Source: Syntrophales bacterium (GTDB lineage Bacteria > Desulfobacterota > Syntrophia > Syntrophales > JACQWR01). From it: a stretch of DNA of 64,000 nt. This document shows, piece by piece, positions 21,313 to 30,933 of the stretch. Every line of letters begins with the position of its first letter. Within the stretch, counting starts at the first letter, position 1. Where the stretch lies: assembly GCA_049302035.1 (NCBI GenBank), contig JBAQLR010000132.1, positions 42,173 to 106,172 of the forward strand. Reading direction: 5' to 3'. The notes below the pieces were generated by a model. It searched no databases and had not been told where the DNA came from. It saw nothing but the letters and a program-made list of their open reading frames with translations. A program made the position numbers and the translations under genes.

Positions 21313-21341
21313 AGTATAGGCAAGGGGTCTTGGCCTGTCAA
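21313..21341 (-). promoter_or_regulatory. sigma-70-type promoter for the GpsA-like gene
   Basis: On the minus strand: TTGACA (21341-21336), a 17-nt spacer, then TATACT (21318-21313). It lies about 50 nt upstream of ATG 21260. Confidence 0.55.
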
Positions 21342-21465
21342 GAATAAAAGATCAGTTCTAATGATTTCAAACAGATAATTATTTGAAGTTTGACAGAAAA
21401 TGGGTTAATGTGAGATCGGATAAGCTTGTTTTGATAATGGAAGACTTCATAGAAAGCGGGTTGAT

Positions 21466-22752
21466 ATGCGAATTTTGATGTTCGGATGGGAGTTTCCGCC
21501 CCACATAAGCGGAGGCTTGGGGACGGCTTGCTACGGCATTACCAAAGGGCTCGTAAAGTTGGGGCAGGAGGTCGTTTTTGTAATGCCCCGTGTCAAATCG
21601 CCTGAAAAGTTCGAACATTTAAAACTCCTTTCTGCTCTGGATTACTGTTCTACCGGCATTCTTTTGGAGGGAGGCGGTGAAGAAGATAACTGGGGCGGCA
21701 ATTTAAGACTCAGAAAAGTGGATTCACTCTTACGGCCATACATGAGTGTAAAACAATACGAAGAATTATTGGCCAATATAACCGGGGAAAGCGGTGCCCA
21801 TTCAACGTCCGATGAATATGCGCCCGGCCATTACGGACCAGATATTTGGACGGAAGTTGCACGCTACGGAAGAGCTGCGGAAAAAATTGCTTGCTCAGAA
21901 ACGTTTGACCTTATTCACGGCCATGACTGGACCTCGGTATTGGCTTGCGTAAACGCCCAGCGCTCCAGTGGGAGGCCCTACGTTTACCATGCCCATGCCC
22001 TGGAATTTGACCGCAGTGGCGAAAATATCAACCAGGATATTTACAATATCGAAAAATACGGTATGGAAAAAGCGGTGCGCGTGATTGCTGTAAGCCATTA
22101 TACGCAGGAGAAGATAACTAGCCGCTACGGTATTGACCCGGCAAAAATTACAGTGATTCACAATGCCGTTTCCCGCCAGGATAGTCAATTAGGGGAGGTG
22201 TACGCGAAGAAAGACAACGCTGAGAAAATCGTTCTGTTTCTTGGTAGAATCACGCATCAGAAGGGGCCGGAATCTTTTATTGAGGCTGCTGCCCGCGTGC
22301 TGCAATATGTGCCTGAAGTGCGTTTTGTGATGGCAGGCACCGGTGATCTGATGGCAGAAATGATCGAAAAGGTTGCAGAAAAGGGAATCGGCAGTATGTT
22401 TCATTTCACCGGCTTCTTACAGAAAGAGGAAGCGGAGCGCATTTACGCCCGGAGCGATATTTATGTCATGCCGAGTGTGTCGGAACCTTTCGGCATCTCC
22501 CCGTTGGAAGCAATGCTCTTCGATGTGCCGGTAATAATTTCCAAACAGTCCGGTGTGTCGGAACTCCTTAAACATGCCCTCAAGGTGGATTTTGGGGATA
22601 TCGAGGCGTTGGCCGACAAGATAATCTCACTTTTAAAGCACCCTTGCCTGGCCGAAGAATTGACAAATGCCGGACGCGAGGAGTTAAAAAAAATCAAATG
22701 GGAATATGCGGCGGCAAAGATTCTGGCCGTTTACCAGCAGGTAATAAACTAA
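21466..22752 (+). CDS. GT4-family (group 1) glycosyltransferase
   Basis: N-terminal MRILMFGWEFPPHISGGLGTAC, then GRITHQKG and the C-terminal EPFGISPLEAM (E-x7-E-type) motif. Confidence 0.8.
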   Translation: MRILMFGWEFPPHISGGLGTACYGITKGLVKLGQEVVFVMPRVKSPEKFEHLKLLSALDYCSTGILLEGGGEEDNWGGNLRLRKVDSLLRPYMSVKQYEELLANITGESGAHSTSDEYAPGHYGPDIWTEVARYGRAAEKIACSETFDLIHGHDWTSVLACVNAQRSSGRPYVYHAHALEFDRSGENINQDIYNIEKYGMEKAVRVIAVSHYTQEKITSRYGIDPAKITVIHNAVSRQDSQLGEVYAKKDNAEKIVLFLGRITHQKGPESFIEAAARVLQYVPEVRFVMAGTGDLMAEMIEKVAEKGIGSMFHFTGFLQKEEAERIYARSDIYVMPSVSEPFGISPLEAMLFDVPVIISKQSGVSELLKHALKVDFGDIEALADKIISLLKHPCLAEELTNAGREELKKIKWEYAAAKILAVYQQVIN

Positions 22753-22774
22753 TTTCTTCTAGGAATAAATATCT

Positions 22775-25700
22775 ATGAAAAGTTTCGGTGTTTGCATTGG
22801 CGCCACGACCTTGTCGATTGTGCAAGCAGGAAAAGGCAGCAATGGGGGGGGGAAGACCGAGACTAGGCTACTGGTAAACAAACCACATCATGGTGATCCT
22901 CGTGCAGTAATTAGGTCATTATTTGCCGAGATTCCCATGGACGGCGCACGTATAGCCGTTACCGGGCGAAAACTCTGTCAGGCAGTAAATCTCACTACTA
23001 TTTCAGAACCAGAAGCCCTGGAGGCAGCCCTTTATCATTTGAATGGGCGAGGCAGCGGGATCGACACGGTTATCAGTGCCGGTGGGGAAAATATCCTGGT
23101 TTACATATTAGGTAAGGATGGAAAGATCTGCGCCGTAAAATCCGGCAACAAATGTGCTTCCGGAACGGGTGAATTTTATGTGCAGCAGTTGCGCCGCATA
23201 GGTCTGTCACCGGAAGACGCGACGCGGGTTGCCAGAAAAACGATCCCTTACAGAGTTTCCAGCCGGTGTAGTGTTTTCTGCAAAAGCGATTGCACGCATG
23301 CTGCCAATGCAGGTATTTCCGGGGGGCGGATTGTTGCCGGATTATGTGAGATGATTGCCGGCAAGATCATGGAAGTGGTAACGCAAACTCCCGATCGGGA
23401 AAGGGTAATGATGATCGGCGGCATGACACAGAACCGTGTCCTTGTCGATTATCTGAAAAACAAAGTCAAGGAGTTGATTGTTCCTGACGAGGCCTGCTAT
23501 TTCGAAGCCCTGGGAGCAGCCCTTTGGGCTATGGAAAATGAAACGATTCCTTTGCCTGAAAAAAACAGCATTATTAAAGAGGCAAGGCATAACTTTTCCT
23601 CCCTTAGGCCTTTATATGACTTTCGCGATCTGGTTGAATTCAAGACCATGGAAAGAGGGGAGGCGGCGGCGGGTGATCTCTGTCTTTTGGGCTTGGATGT
23701 GGGCTCGACCACCACTAAGGCGGTGCTGATGAGAATGGCCGACAATCGGATTCTCAAGTCTATTTATTTGCGCACCAACGGCAATCCAGTAGCAGCGGCA
23801 CGCGCCTGTTTTACTTCTCTCTACGATCAACTGGGCGATTTGGCTGAACGGATGGACATCATCGGACTAGGGGTGACCGGTTCGGGTCGGCAGATTGCCG
23901 GTCTTTACGCCATGACCCAGGGCGTCATTAATGAGATCATTGCTCATGCCGCCGGGGCGGTTTTTTTTGACCCCGCAGTAGAAACAATCTTTGAGATAGG
24001 TGGACAGGACGCTAAATACACATATTTGGATCAGGGAGCGCCCTCCGATTATGCCATGAACGATGCTTGCAGCGCCGGGACCGGTTCTTTTCTGGAAGAG
24101 GCAGCGCGCGAGACGATGGGCGTTGCCATGGAAGATATTGGCAGTTTGGCCCTCCGGGGAAAGAAGCCACCCAATTTTAATGATCAGTGTGCCGCCTTTA
24201 TTAGCAGCGACATAAAAAATGCTTTTCAGGATGGTTTAACAAAAGAAGATATTCTTGCCGGACTGGTTTACTCCATCTGCATGAACTATAACAACCGAGT
24301 AAAGGGAAACCGTCTGGTCGGAAAGAAGGTCTTCATGCAAGGCGGGGTCTGTTATAACCGGGCTGTGCCATTGGCAATGGCCGCCCTGACGGGGAAGCGT
24401 ATCATTGTTCCGCCGGAACCAGGATTAGTGGGGGCTTTGGGAGTAGCTTTGGAAATTAAAAAGCGTCTTCATGCCGACAGATTAGTTGCCCGGTCATATT
24501 CCCTCAAAACTCTTAAAGACAGAAACTTCGAACATCGCCGCAGCTTTCATTGCCATGGCGGCAAAGAAAGCTGCGACCGCAACTGCGAGATTACCCGTGT
24601 TCGCGTCGAGGGCAAGACATATCCCTTTGGCGGCGCCTGCAATCGCTGGTATAATCTGCGTAGCCATTTCAAAATAGATGAGCATAAGCTGGACTTCGTA
24701 CGGAAGTACGAAAAACATATTTTCAGCGATCATGGGATAACTAGTTTAGAGAAACAGGCAGGTAAAAAACGGTTTACGGTGGGCATAAATAAATCGTTCC
24801 ATGTCAATGCGTTATATCCCCTCTATAGTTATTTTTTCCATCGCCTGGGATTCCAGGTGCTACTGCCGGATACTATTGATGCAGCGGGAATAGCATCCAA
24901 AGGCGCCTCTTTTTGTTATCCGGCTGAGCTGGCGCATGGTTTTTTCCGTAATTTGTTGGATAAAAGGCCTGATTATCTCTTTCTGCCACAACTGAAAGGT
25001 ATGAGCAGGGATGGCAGCGGCTCCATCGGTACCGTTTGCCCCTTGTCGCAGGGGGAACCCTATTATTTGACTGTTGCCAACAAAGAAAATGAAACTATGG
25101 CCGGTCTGCGGAACCGGAAAAAAGTTTTAAAACCGGTTTTGGATTTCACCCGGGGACATAAAGAGATGGGGCAAACGATGGCTTCTGCCGTTGAGGAAAT
25201 GGGCGTGAGGCAACGCGACGCGCACCTTGCCTACGGGGAAGCAATCACATATCTGGAAAAAACAGAGGCCAGGCTCCGGAAGGAGTCTCGGGAGGCACTA
25301 CAGGAACTGGAGAAAAACCTCGAACGCCAAGCGATTGTCATTGTCGGCAGATCTTACAATGCCTTTGTCTCGGAAGCCAACATGGGAATCCCGCAGAAAA
25401 TAGCTTCACGGGGTATAATGGTTTTGCCCTATGCTTTTTTACCTCTGGAAGGTGAGGAAGTAACGCCGGAGATGTACTGGGAGGCAGGCCGGACGATTCT
25501 CAAGAGCACTCAATTCATTGCCCGGCATCCGCAGCTGTTTCCCTGTTATATTACGAATTTTTCCTGCGGTCCCGATTCATTTCTGGTGGAATATTTTCGC
25601 CATGCCATGGGCAGCAAACCATTTCTGCTTCTGGAGTTGGACAGCCACGTTGCGGATGCCGGTCTGGAGACAAGGATTGAGGCCTTTCTGGATATCATCA

Positions 25701-27100
25701 GTAATTACCGCGAAGCGGGGCATAGGAAGGGAAGCCTGCCGTCCGCTCCCGGCGAGACCAGGTTGCCCGCCCATTTCCATCATACGCGGCAGTTATTTAT
25801 TGATTCCTGCGGCAGGAAAATCGATTGGCATGATCCCCGGGTCAACGTTCTTATTCCCTCCATGGGCAAATTAGGAAATAAAGCGATCGCCGCCGTTTTT
25901 CGCAGCGCCGGCATCAGGGCTACGGCCCTGCCGTCGGCAAATGAGGAGACTTTGAGGCTGGGCCGCGCGCATACGAGCGGTAAAGAATGTCTGCCGCTCC
26001 TGGTTCTGCTCGGGAGTCTCTTTAATCACTTGCAGCAAGGCCGCAGCAAAGATGATTTACTACTATATTTCATCCCTTCGGCCGCAGGGCCTTGCCGTTT
26101 CGGCCAATATTCTTTTTTTATTCGTCACATAATTAAAAAGTTGCAAATCAGCGATGTAGCTCTTTTTTCGATGCAGGCGGAGAATGGCTACCGGGAGTTG
26201 GGGGGCAGGGATTTTAGCTCCAAACTATGGTCAGCGACCGTTTTGTCGGACATTTTTCAGGATATTAAATCTTTGCTTTTAGCAAATGCGCCAGATAAAA
26301 TAGCTGCCATCGATATTTTTGAAAGGTCGTGGAACCTAATTATCAGTTCCCTGGAAACTTCCCCTGATTACAAAAATATTAAAGCAGTGCTTGAGGTAAT
26401 TGCGAAATCGCTTTCTACCATCGAAGGAAGAATCCCCTGGCACCAAGTGCCAACCATTTTACTTACCGGTGAGATATTTGTACGTCATGACGATTTATCA
26501 CGTCAATTTATGGTGGAAAAGCTGGCTGAGCAGGGTTGGAGCGTGAAAACGGCCGGGGTGATGGAATGGGTATATTACACTGACTATTGCCTCGTTAATA
26601 ATCTCGCCGCCAAAAAACAGGCTTGGCATCAAAGGCCGGAAACTTATTTGAAAATAGCCTGGATGAAAAGTTACGAGCGGGCGTATAAAAAAATCATGGC
26701 TCGTTCCGGACTTACGACCCGGCGATCGAAAGGAGTGAGGGGTTTTATAAAAGATGCGGCAGACCTCATTAATCCTCAACTTACAGGTGAGGCCATATTA
26801 ACCGTTGGAGGGGCAATCAGCGAAATTCCAGGCCATTACAGTGGCGTCATCGCTCTTGGCCCCTTCGGTTGCATGCCCAACCGTCTGGCGGAAGCAATTT
26901 TGTCCAGGGAGATGGGCTGGGGATGGCAGCAACAGGCTCACCGTCGCCGTGGGTTGCCGCCGCGCATCGTGGCAGAGATATCCGAACTTCCCTTCCTGGC
27001 GATAGAAAGTGACGGTAATTCCTTCCCACAGTTCATTGCCGCGAAGCTGGAGGTTTTTCTCTCTCAAGCAGCCCGTATGCACCGATACAGAAATGAATGA
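22775..27100 (+). CDS. fused twin BadF/BcrA/HgdC-type activase ATPase plus dehydratase-like module (BCR/HAD family; PlsA/PlsR- or GeR-like)
   Basis: 1441 aa with two actin-fold ATPase modules (FGVCIGATTLS... and LGLDVGSTTTK...). Each carries the two cluster cysteines (KCASGTG/RCSVFC and ACSAGTG/QCAAF). The following region has NFSCGPDS, GKECLPL, GPCRFGQY and PFGCMPN motifs, typical of activase-associated and HgdB-like domains. Confidence 0.8.
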   Translation: MKSFGVCIGATTLSIVQAGKGSNGGGKTETRLLVNKPHHGDPRAVIRSLFAEIPMDGARIAVTGRKLCQAVNLTTISEPEALEAALYHLNGRGSGIDTVISAGGENILVYILGKDGKICAVKSGNKCASGTGEFYVQQLRRIGLSPEDATRVARKTIPYRVSSRCSVFCKSDCTHAANAGISGGRIVAGLCEMIAGKIMEVVTQTPDRERVMMIGGMTQNRVLVDYLKNKVKELIVPDEACYFEALGAALWAMENETIPLPEKNSIIKEARHNFSSLRPLYDFRDLVEFKTMERGEAAAGDLCLLGLDVGSTTTKAVLMRMADNRILKSIYLRTNGNPVAAARACFTSLYDQLGDLAERMDIIGLGVTGSGRQIAGLYAMTQGVINEIIAHAAGAVFFDPAVETIFEIGGQDAKYTYLDQGAPSDYAMNDACSAGTGSFLEEAARETMGVAMEDIGSLALRGKKPPNFNDQCAAFISSDIKNAFQDGLTKEDILAGLVYSICMNYNNRVKGNRLVGKKVFMQGGVCYNRAVPLAMAALTGKRIIVPPEPGLVGALGVALEIKKRLHADRLVARSYSLKTLKDRNFEHRRSFHCHGGKESCDRNCEITRVRVEGKTYPFGGACNRWYNLRSHFKIDEHKLDFVRKYEKHIFSDHGITSLEKQAGKKRFTVGINKSFHVNALYPLYSYFFHRLGFQVLLPDTIDAAGIASKGASFCYPAELAHGFFRNLLDKRPDYLFLPQLKGMSRDGSGSIGTVCPLSQGEPYYLTVANKENETMAGLRNRKKVLKPVLDFTRGHKEMGQTMASAVEEMGVRQRDAHLAYGEAITYLEKTEARLRKESREALQELEKNLERQAIVIVGRSYNAFVSEANMGIPQKIASRGIMVLPYAFLPLEGEEVTPEMYWEAGRTILKSTQFIARHPQLFPCYITNFSCGPDSFLVEYFRHAMGSKPFLLLELDSHVADAGLETRIEAFLDIISNYREAGHRKGSLPSAPGETRLPAHFHHTRQLFIDSCGRKIDWHDPRVNVLIPSMGKLGNKAIAAVFRSAGIRATALPSANEETLRLGRAHTSGKECLPLLVLLGSLFNHLQQGRSKDDLLLYFIPSAAGPCRFGQYSFFIRHIIKKLQISDVALFSMQAENGYRELGGRDFSSKLWSATVLSDIFQDIKSLLLANAPDKIAAIDIFERSWNLIISSLETSPDYKNIKAVLEVIAKSLSTIEGRIPWHQVPTILLTGEIFVRHDDLSRQFMVEKLAEQGWSVKTAGVMEWVYYTDYCLVNNLAAKKQAWHQRPETYLKIAWMKSYERAYKKIMARSGLTTRRSKGVRGFIKDAADLINPQLTGEAILTVGGAISEIPGHYSGVIALGPFGCMPNRLAEAILSREMGWGWQQQAHRRRGLPPRIVAEISELPFLAIESDGNSFPQFIAAKLEVFLSQAARMHRYRNE

Positions 27101-27136
27101 AGTGCGGCTATAAGCGACGACTGAGGTGTGGCGAGG

Positions 27137-28024
27137 ATGTTCGACTTGTTGGACCAGTATCTGAATTATTTAACGGTTGAAAAGGGGGCTTCGCCAAATA
27201 CGCTTGACGCCTACAGCCGTGATCTACAGGGGTATATTGCTTTCATGGTGCGTAATGGTCTCTCATCCATCCATGACATCACTGCCGAACGGGTCGTTGC
27301 CTACCTGACCGCCAGGAGAAAAGACGGATTGAATCCTAATTCCCTGAACAGGAGTCTAGCGGCCATCCGGGGATTTTACAAATATTTGCTTATAGAAAAG
27401 CTGGTTGAGCATAGCCCTTTGGCCAATATCGAATTGGCGAAAGTTGGGCTTCGTCTTCCTGATGCCATTAGCCGCGAAGAAATGGAGGCGATTTTAAAGC
27501 AGCCAGCGGCCGCGACAAAGAGCGGCCTGCGCGATCTGGCAATGCTGGAGCTTCTGTATGCCACGGGGTTGCGCGTCTCTGAATTGACAAATCTTACCAT
27601 GGGCAGCATTAACTGGCAGATGGGCTATTTGCTCACTATGGGCAAGGGTAATAAGGAAAGGGTCGTACCGGTCGGCAAAACGGCCTATGACCTGCTGTAT
27701 CGTTATGTTCAGGAAGTCAGAGTGTTATTTCTTAAAAAACGCGCCAGTGAAATACTTTTTTTAAATAAATCCGGTAAGATGTTTTCCCGGCAGGGATTCT
27801 GGAAATTGGTTAAAAAATATGCCGCCCTAGCGGGTCTGGCAGAAAAGGTACATCCCCATACCTTCCGTCATTCTTTTGCCTCCCACCTTTTGGCAGGTGG
27901 AGCTGACCTACGTTCCGTGCAAATGATGTTGGGACATGCCGATATATCAACTACGCAAATCTATACACATATTACCCGCGATGGCCTGAAGGAAATCCAT
28001 CGCAGATATCACCCCAGGGGATGA
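27137..28024 (+). CDS. xerD: tyrosine recombinase XerD
   Basis: YLTVEKGASPNTLDAYSRDL, LYATGLRVSEL, GKGNKERVVPVG and HTFRHSFASHLL..LGHADISTTQIYTH are present, ending YHPRG as in XerD. Start set to ATG 27137. Confidence 0.85.
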   Translation: MFDLLDQYLNYLTVEKGASPNTLDAYSRDLQGYIAFMVRNGLSSIHDITAERVVAYLTARRKDGLNPNSLNRSLAAIRGFYKYLLIEKLVEHSPLANIELAKVGLRLPDAISREEMEAILKQPAAATKSGLRDLAMLELLYATGLRVSELTNLTMGSINWQMGYLLTMGKGNKERVVPVGKTAYDLLYRYVQEVRVLFLKKRASEILFLNKSGKMFSRQGFWKLVKKYAALAGLAEKVHPHTFRHSFASHLLAGGADLRSVQMMLGHADISTTQIYTHITRDGLKEIHRRYHPRG

Positions 28025-28027
28025 AAT

Positions 28028-30004
28028 ATGATACGGCGTCATAGCCCGGTGCGCATAATTAGCAGATGGATTTTGCCGGTAGCGGCGCTTTGTATTGCGG
28101 CCATTGTGATCGGCTTTTCCGCCAAGTTACCTTTTATAAATACCGTTCGTGAGCGGGTAGTGGGGACGGTTGCCTTTTTATTTCTGGGACAGACTCCGCA
28201 CTTTTATCATCTGGATATGGAAAAAAACGGTCAGGAGTTGCGTTTGCGGCCGGGGGATGCACTGGAGCTTTCCTACCGGGATGAATTTGTCATAAAAGCC
28301 ATCTCTTCCGATGATATTCTGGGGCGGGGAATTATTGTCGATGTGGAAGGAGCGGGAAGTGACAATGATGGCGGTGTGTTACTTAAGGGGATACAATTAA
28401 TAGACAACATCATGCTGCAGGAAAGAGACACACCGGGAACCGGTGTCGGCAGGAAATACAAGATTTTGGTAAAATACCGGGGAGAAAAAATTGCCGCCTT
28501 GCCGCTAAAAGTAATCATTCTTCCCCAGGATTGGCTGAGATACGCCCGCAGCACCGAGAATAGCGCCCTGCAAATAGAGTACCTGAAACGTGCCATTATC
28601 ATGAGCAGCGGGGATGTAAACATCATCAAGATGTTGGCAGGCGTTTACCGGCGTGCCGGTCTTGCAGAAGAGGCGATTGTCCAATATCGCCGTGTCCTGG
28701 AACTTGCGCCAGAGGACATTAAAGCATGGACGGAATTAACGCATTGTTATATGAAGACCGCGAACTATGAGCAGGTGGTAGCAACAAGTCGCCAGCTATC
28801 AAGACTGCAACCTGGTGATCCGGAGCATTTGCTAAATATCGCCCTGGCATATAGCGCCCTGGGGCAATGGTCAAAGGCCATAGCGAACTACGAGTCCTCA
28901 CTGAAATTGCAACCCGGCAGTCCTCTGGCTAACTTTAAGCTGGGTGAAGCGTACGAAAAAGTGGGGCGCCTTGCCGAGGCCATCTCACACTATAAGGAAG
29001 TTATCGCTCGAGCACCAGATACCCTGCACGCGGTTGTTGCCTTAGCCGGGGCGCATTACCGCACCGGCAATTACGATGAAGCCATTAAGTGGTATCGGAA
29101 AGCGGCTGGTAAACAACCCAGGAGCGCTTTTCTCTGGGCCAATCTTGGCCTGGCTTACGGTGGCAAAGGACTGTGGGAGGAAGAGGTGGGAAGCTATCGC
29201 AAAGCGCTGGCCCTAAGTCCCAACGATGCCATTATCCACTTTAATCTGGCAGCAGCCTATGAAAAAGGGAAAAAAGAACGAGAGGCTTTTGCAGAGTACC
29301 AAAAGGTGCTGGCTTTAAAACCAGGCGATCTTGCCTCTTTGCGGAGGATGGCGGGGATGGATATGAACGCCGGACGATATGCAGAGGCTATCAAAAAAAA
29401 TGAAATAATCGTTAGGATGTTGCCTAAAAGTGCCGTTCATTATGTTAGTCTGGGGTTGGCCTATGCAGAATTGGGAAAATACCGGCAAGCGGCGGAAAAT
29501 TATGAAAAAGCCATAGAGCACGGCATAAAAGAGCCTCAAGTTCGTTACAATCTGGCCTATGCCTATGAAAACTCTGGTAGAACCAAAGAGTCGATCCTGG
29601 AATATGAGAAATATGCCCTTGTTAATCCGACGGAGCAGGTTCTCAATCTGCTGGTAGCCTATTACTTGAAGGAAAAACAGTATGACAACGCCCTCAGAAG
29701 TTATCGAAAACTGGGGGAGGTCAGTAAGAAAAAAGCGAATTTTTATTCCGGCATTGCCCATGTATATAACTTGAAAGGCGACGTAGATAATGAGATAGAA
29801 TATCTAAAGCAAGCAATCCGCCACGATCCGGAGGATGATGCGGCGTATCAGGATTTAGCAGCAGCTTACGAAAGCAAGGAAATGTACGCGGAAGCCTACC
29901 GTGCCTACGTGAAGACCTATGAATTGAATCCCGAAGCCAAAAACGCGCGCGCCAAGATTCCTCAGCTGAAGATCAGAATGTTGGAAAAAAAGATTAGCAA
30001 GTAA
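28028..30004 (+). CDS. membrane-anchored TPR-repeat protein
   Basis: An N-terminal TM helix and an unassigned domain of about 170 aa, followed by more than 10 TPR-like 34-aa repeats (recurring A..Y..AL.L.P motifs). Confidence 0.75.
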   Translation: MIRRHSPVRIISRWILPVAALCIAAIVIGFSAKLPFINTVRERVVGTVAFLFLGQTPHFYHLDMEKNGQELRLRPGDALELSYRDEFVIKAISSDDILGRGIIVDVEGAGSDNDGGVLLKGIQLIDNIMLQERDTPGTGVGRKYKILVKYRGEKIAALPLKVIILPQDWLRYARSTENSALQIEYLKRAIIMSSGDVNIIKMLAGVYRRAGLAEEAIVQYRRVLELAPEDIKAWTELTHCYMKTANYEQVVATSRQLSRLQPGDPEHLLNIALAYSALGQWSKAIANYESSLKLQPGSPLANFKLGEAYEKVGRLAEAISHYKEVIARAPDTLHAVVALAGAHYRTGNYDEAIKWYRKAAGKQPRSAFLWANLGLAYGGKGLWEEEVGSYRKALALSPNDAIIHFNLAAAYEKGKKEREAFAEYQKVLALKPGDLASLRRMAGMDMNAGRYAEAIKKNEIIVRMLPKSAVHYVSLGLAYAELGKYRQAAENYEKAIEHGIKEPQVRYNLAYAYENSGRTKESILEYEKYALVNPTEQVLNLLVAYYLKEKQYDNALRSYRKLGEVSKKKANFYSGIAHVYNLKGDVDNEIEYLKQAIRHDPEDDAAYQDLAAAYESKEMYAEAYRAYVKTYELNPEAKNARAKIPQLKIRMLEKKISK

Positions 30005-30096
30005 GAGGATAATTTCTGCTAAAAGGCATGTTTATTAAAGAACTTATCCCGCTTATTGGGATAAAAAATCATTAATGACTCTGAAGGGGTGGGGTG

Positions 30097-30921
30097 ATGA
30101 AACAGATTCCGGTTGACGGTTATATGGTTGGTGGCTCTGCCCCTTTCGTGCTAATCGCGGGACCGTGCGTGATAGACAATGAGGAAGAAACTAGGAAGAT
30201 AGCCTCATTTTTAAAAAAACTGACCCGTGATCTGGCAATACCTTTTATATTTAAGGCTTCGTACGATAAGGCAAATAGGACCTCCTTCTCTTCATTCCGT
30301 GGACCGGGCCGCAAGGAAGGCCTGGCGATCCTGGCCGCCATAAAAAACGAATTGCAAATTCCGGTGCTTTCCGATGTTCACCGCTTTGAAGAAATTGAGG
30401 ATGCCTGTGCTGTTCTCGATGTTGTGCAGGTACCGGCTTTTCTCTGCCGTCAGACGGACTTCGTTTACGAGATTGCAAAACAGGCTAAAATTATCAACAT
30501 TAAGAAGGGACAATTCCTCTCCCCCTGGGAAGCTGGCAATATCTTGCGTAAGGCCGAAGCTGCGGGTAATCGCAATATCATGATTACGGAGAGAGGAACT
30601 ACCTTCGGGTATAATAATCTGGTCGTTGATTTTCGTGCCTTTCCCATACTCAGAGACATGGGATATCCCGTTATTTTTGATGGGACACACAGCGTACAAC
30701 TGCCCGGCGGTGCCGGGACATCTTCGGGCGGACAGCGGGAGATGGTTCCGTACTTGTGCCGTGCAGCGGTGGCGGCAGGCGTCGATGGTATTTTCCTGGA
30801 GGTGCACCCCGATCCGCCCCTTGCCCGCTGCGATGGACCAAATTCCTTATTTCTTTCATCTTTGGCCGAGTTGCTTGCCATGTTAAAAACGATAGATCAA
30901 CAGGTAAAACAGAAATTGTAA
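30097..30921 (+). CDS. kdsA: 3-deoxy-8-phosphooctulonate (KDO8P) synthase
   Basis: LIAGPCVIDNEE, FKASYDKANRTS, QVPAFLCRQTD and FDGTHSVQLPGG motifs are present. Confidence 0.93.
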   Translation: MKQIPVDGYMVGGSAPFVLIAGPCVIDNEEETRKIASFLKKLTRDLAIPFIFKASYDKANRTSFSSFRGPGRKEGLAILAAIKNELQIPVLSDVHRFEEIEDACAVLDVVQVPAFLCRQTDFVYEIAKQAKIINIKKGQFLSPWEAGNILRKAEAAGNRNIMITERGTTFGYNNLVVDFRAFPILRDMGYPVIFDGTHSVQLPGGAGTSSGGQREMVPYLCRAAVAAGVDGIFLEVHPDPPLARCDGPNSLFLSSLAELLAMLKTIDQQVKQKL

Positions 30922-30933
30922 CATGAGGTAATT

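Noticed and set aside
21261-21341. TTG-initiated N-terminal extension of the GpsA-like ORF
   Set aside because: The extension contains the TTGACA-N17-TATACT promoter. The Rossmann fold begins right after ATG 21260.
30044-30070. Hairpin TTATCCC-N7-GGGATAA after the TPR gene
   Set aside because: It is followed by an A-run rather than a T-run on the plus strand, and no converging minus-strand gene exists, so it is not a convincing terminator.
30292-30881. 171-aa and 138-aa antisense ORFs inside kdsA
   Set aside because: Shadow ORFs opposite a canonical kdsA.
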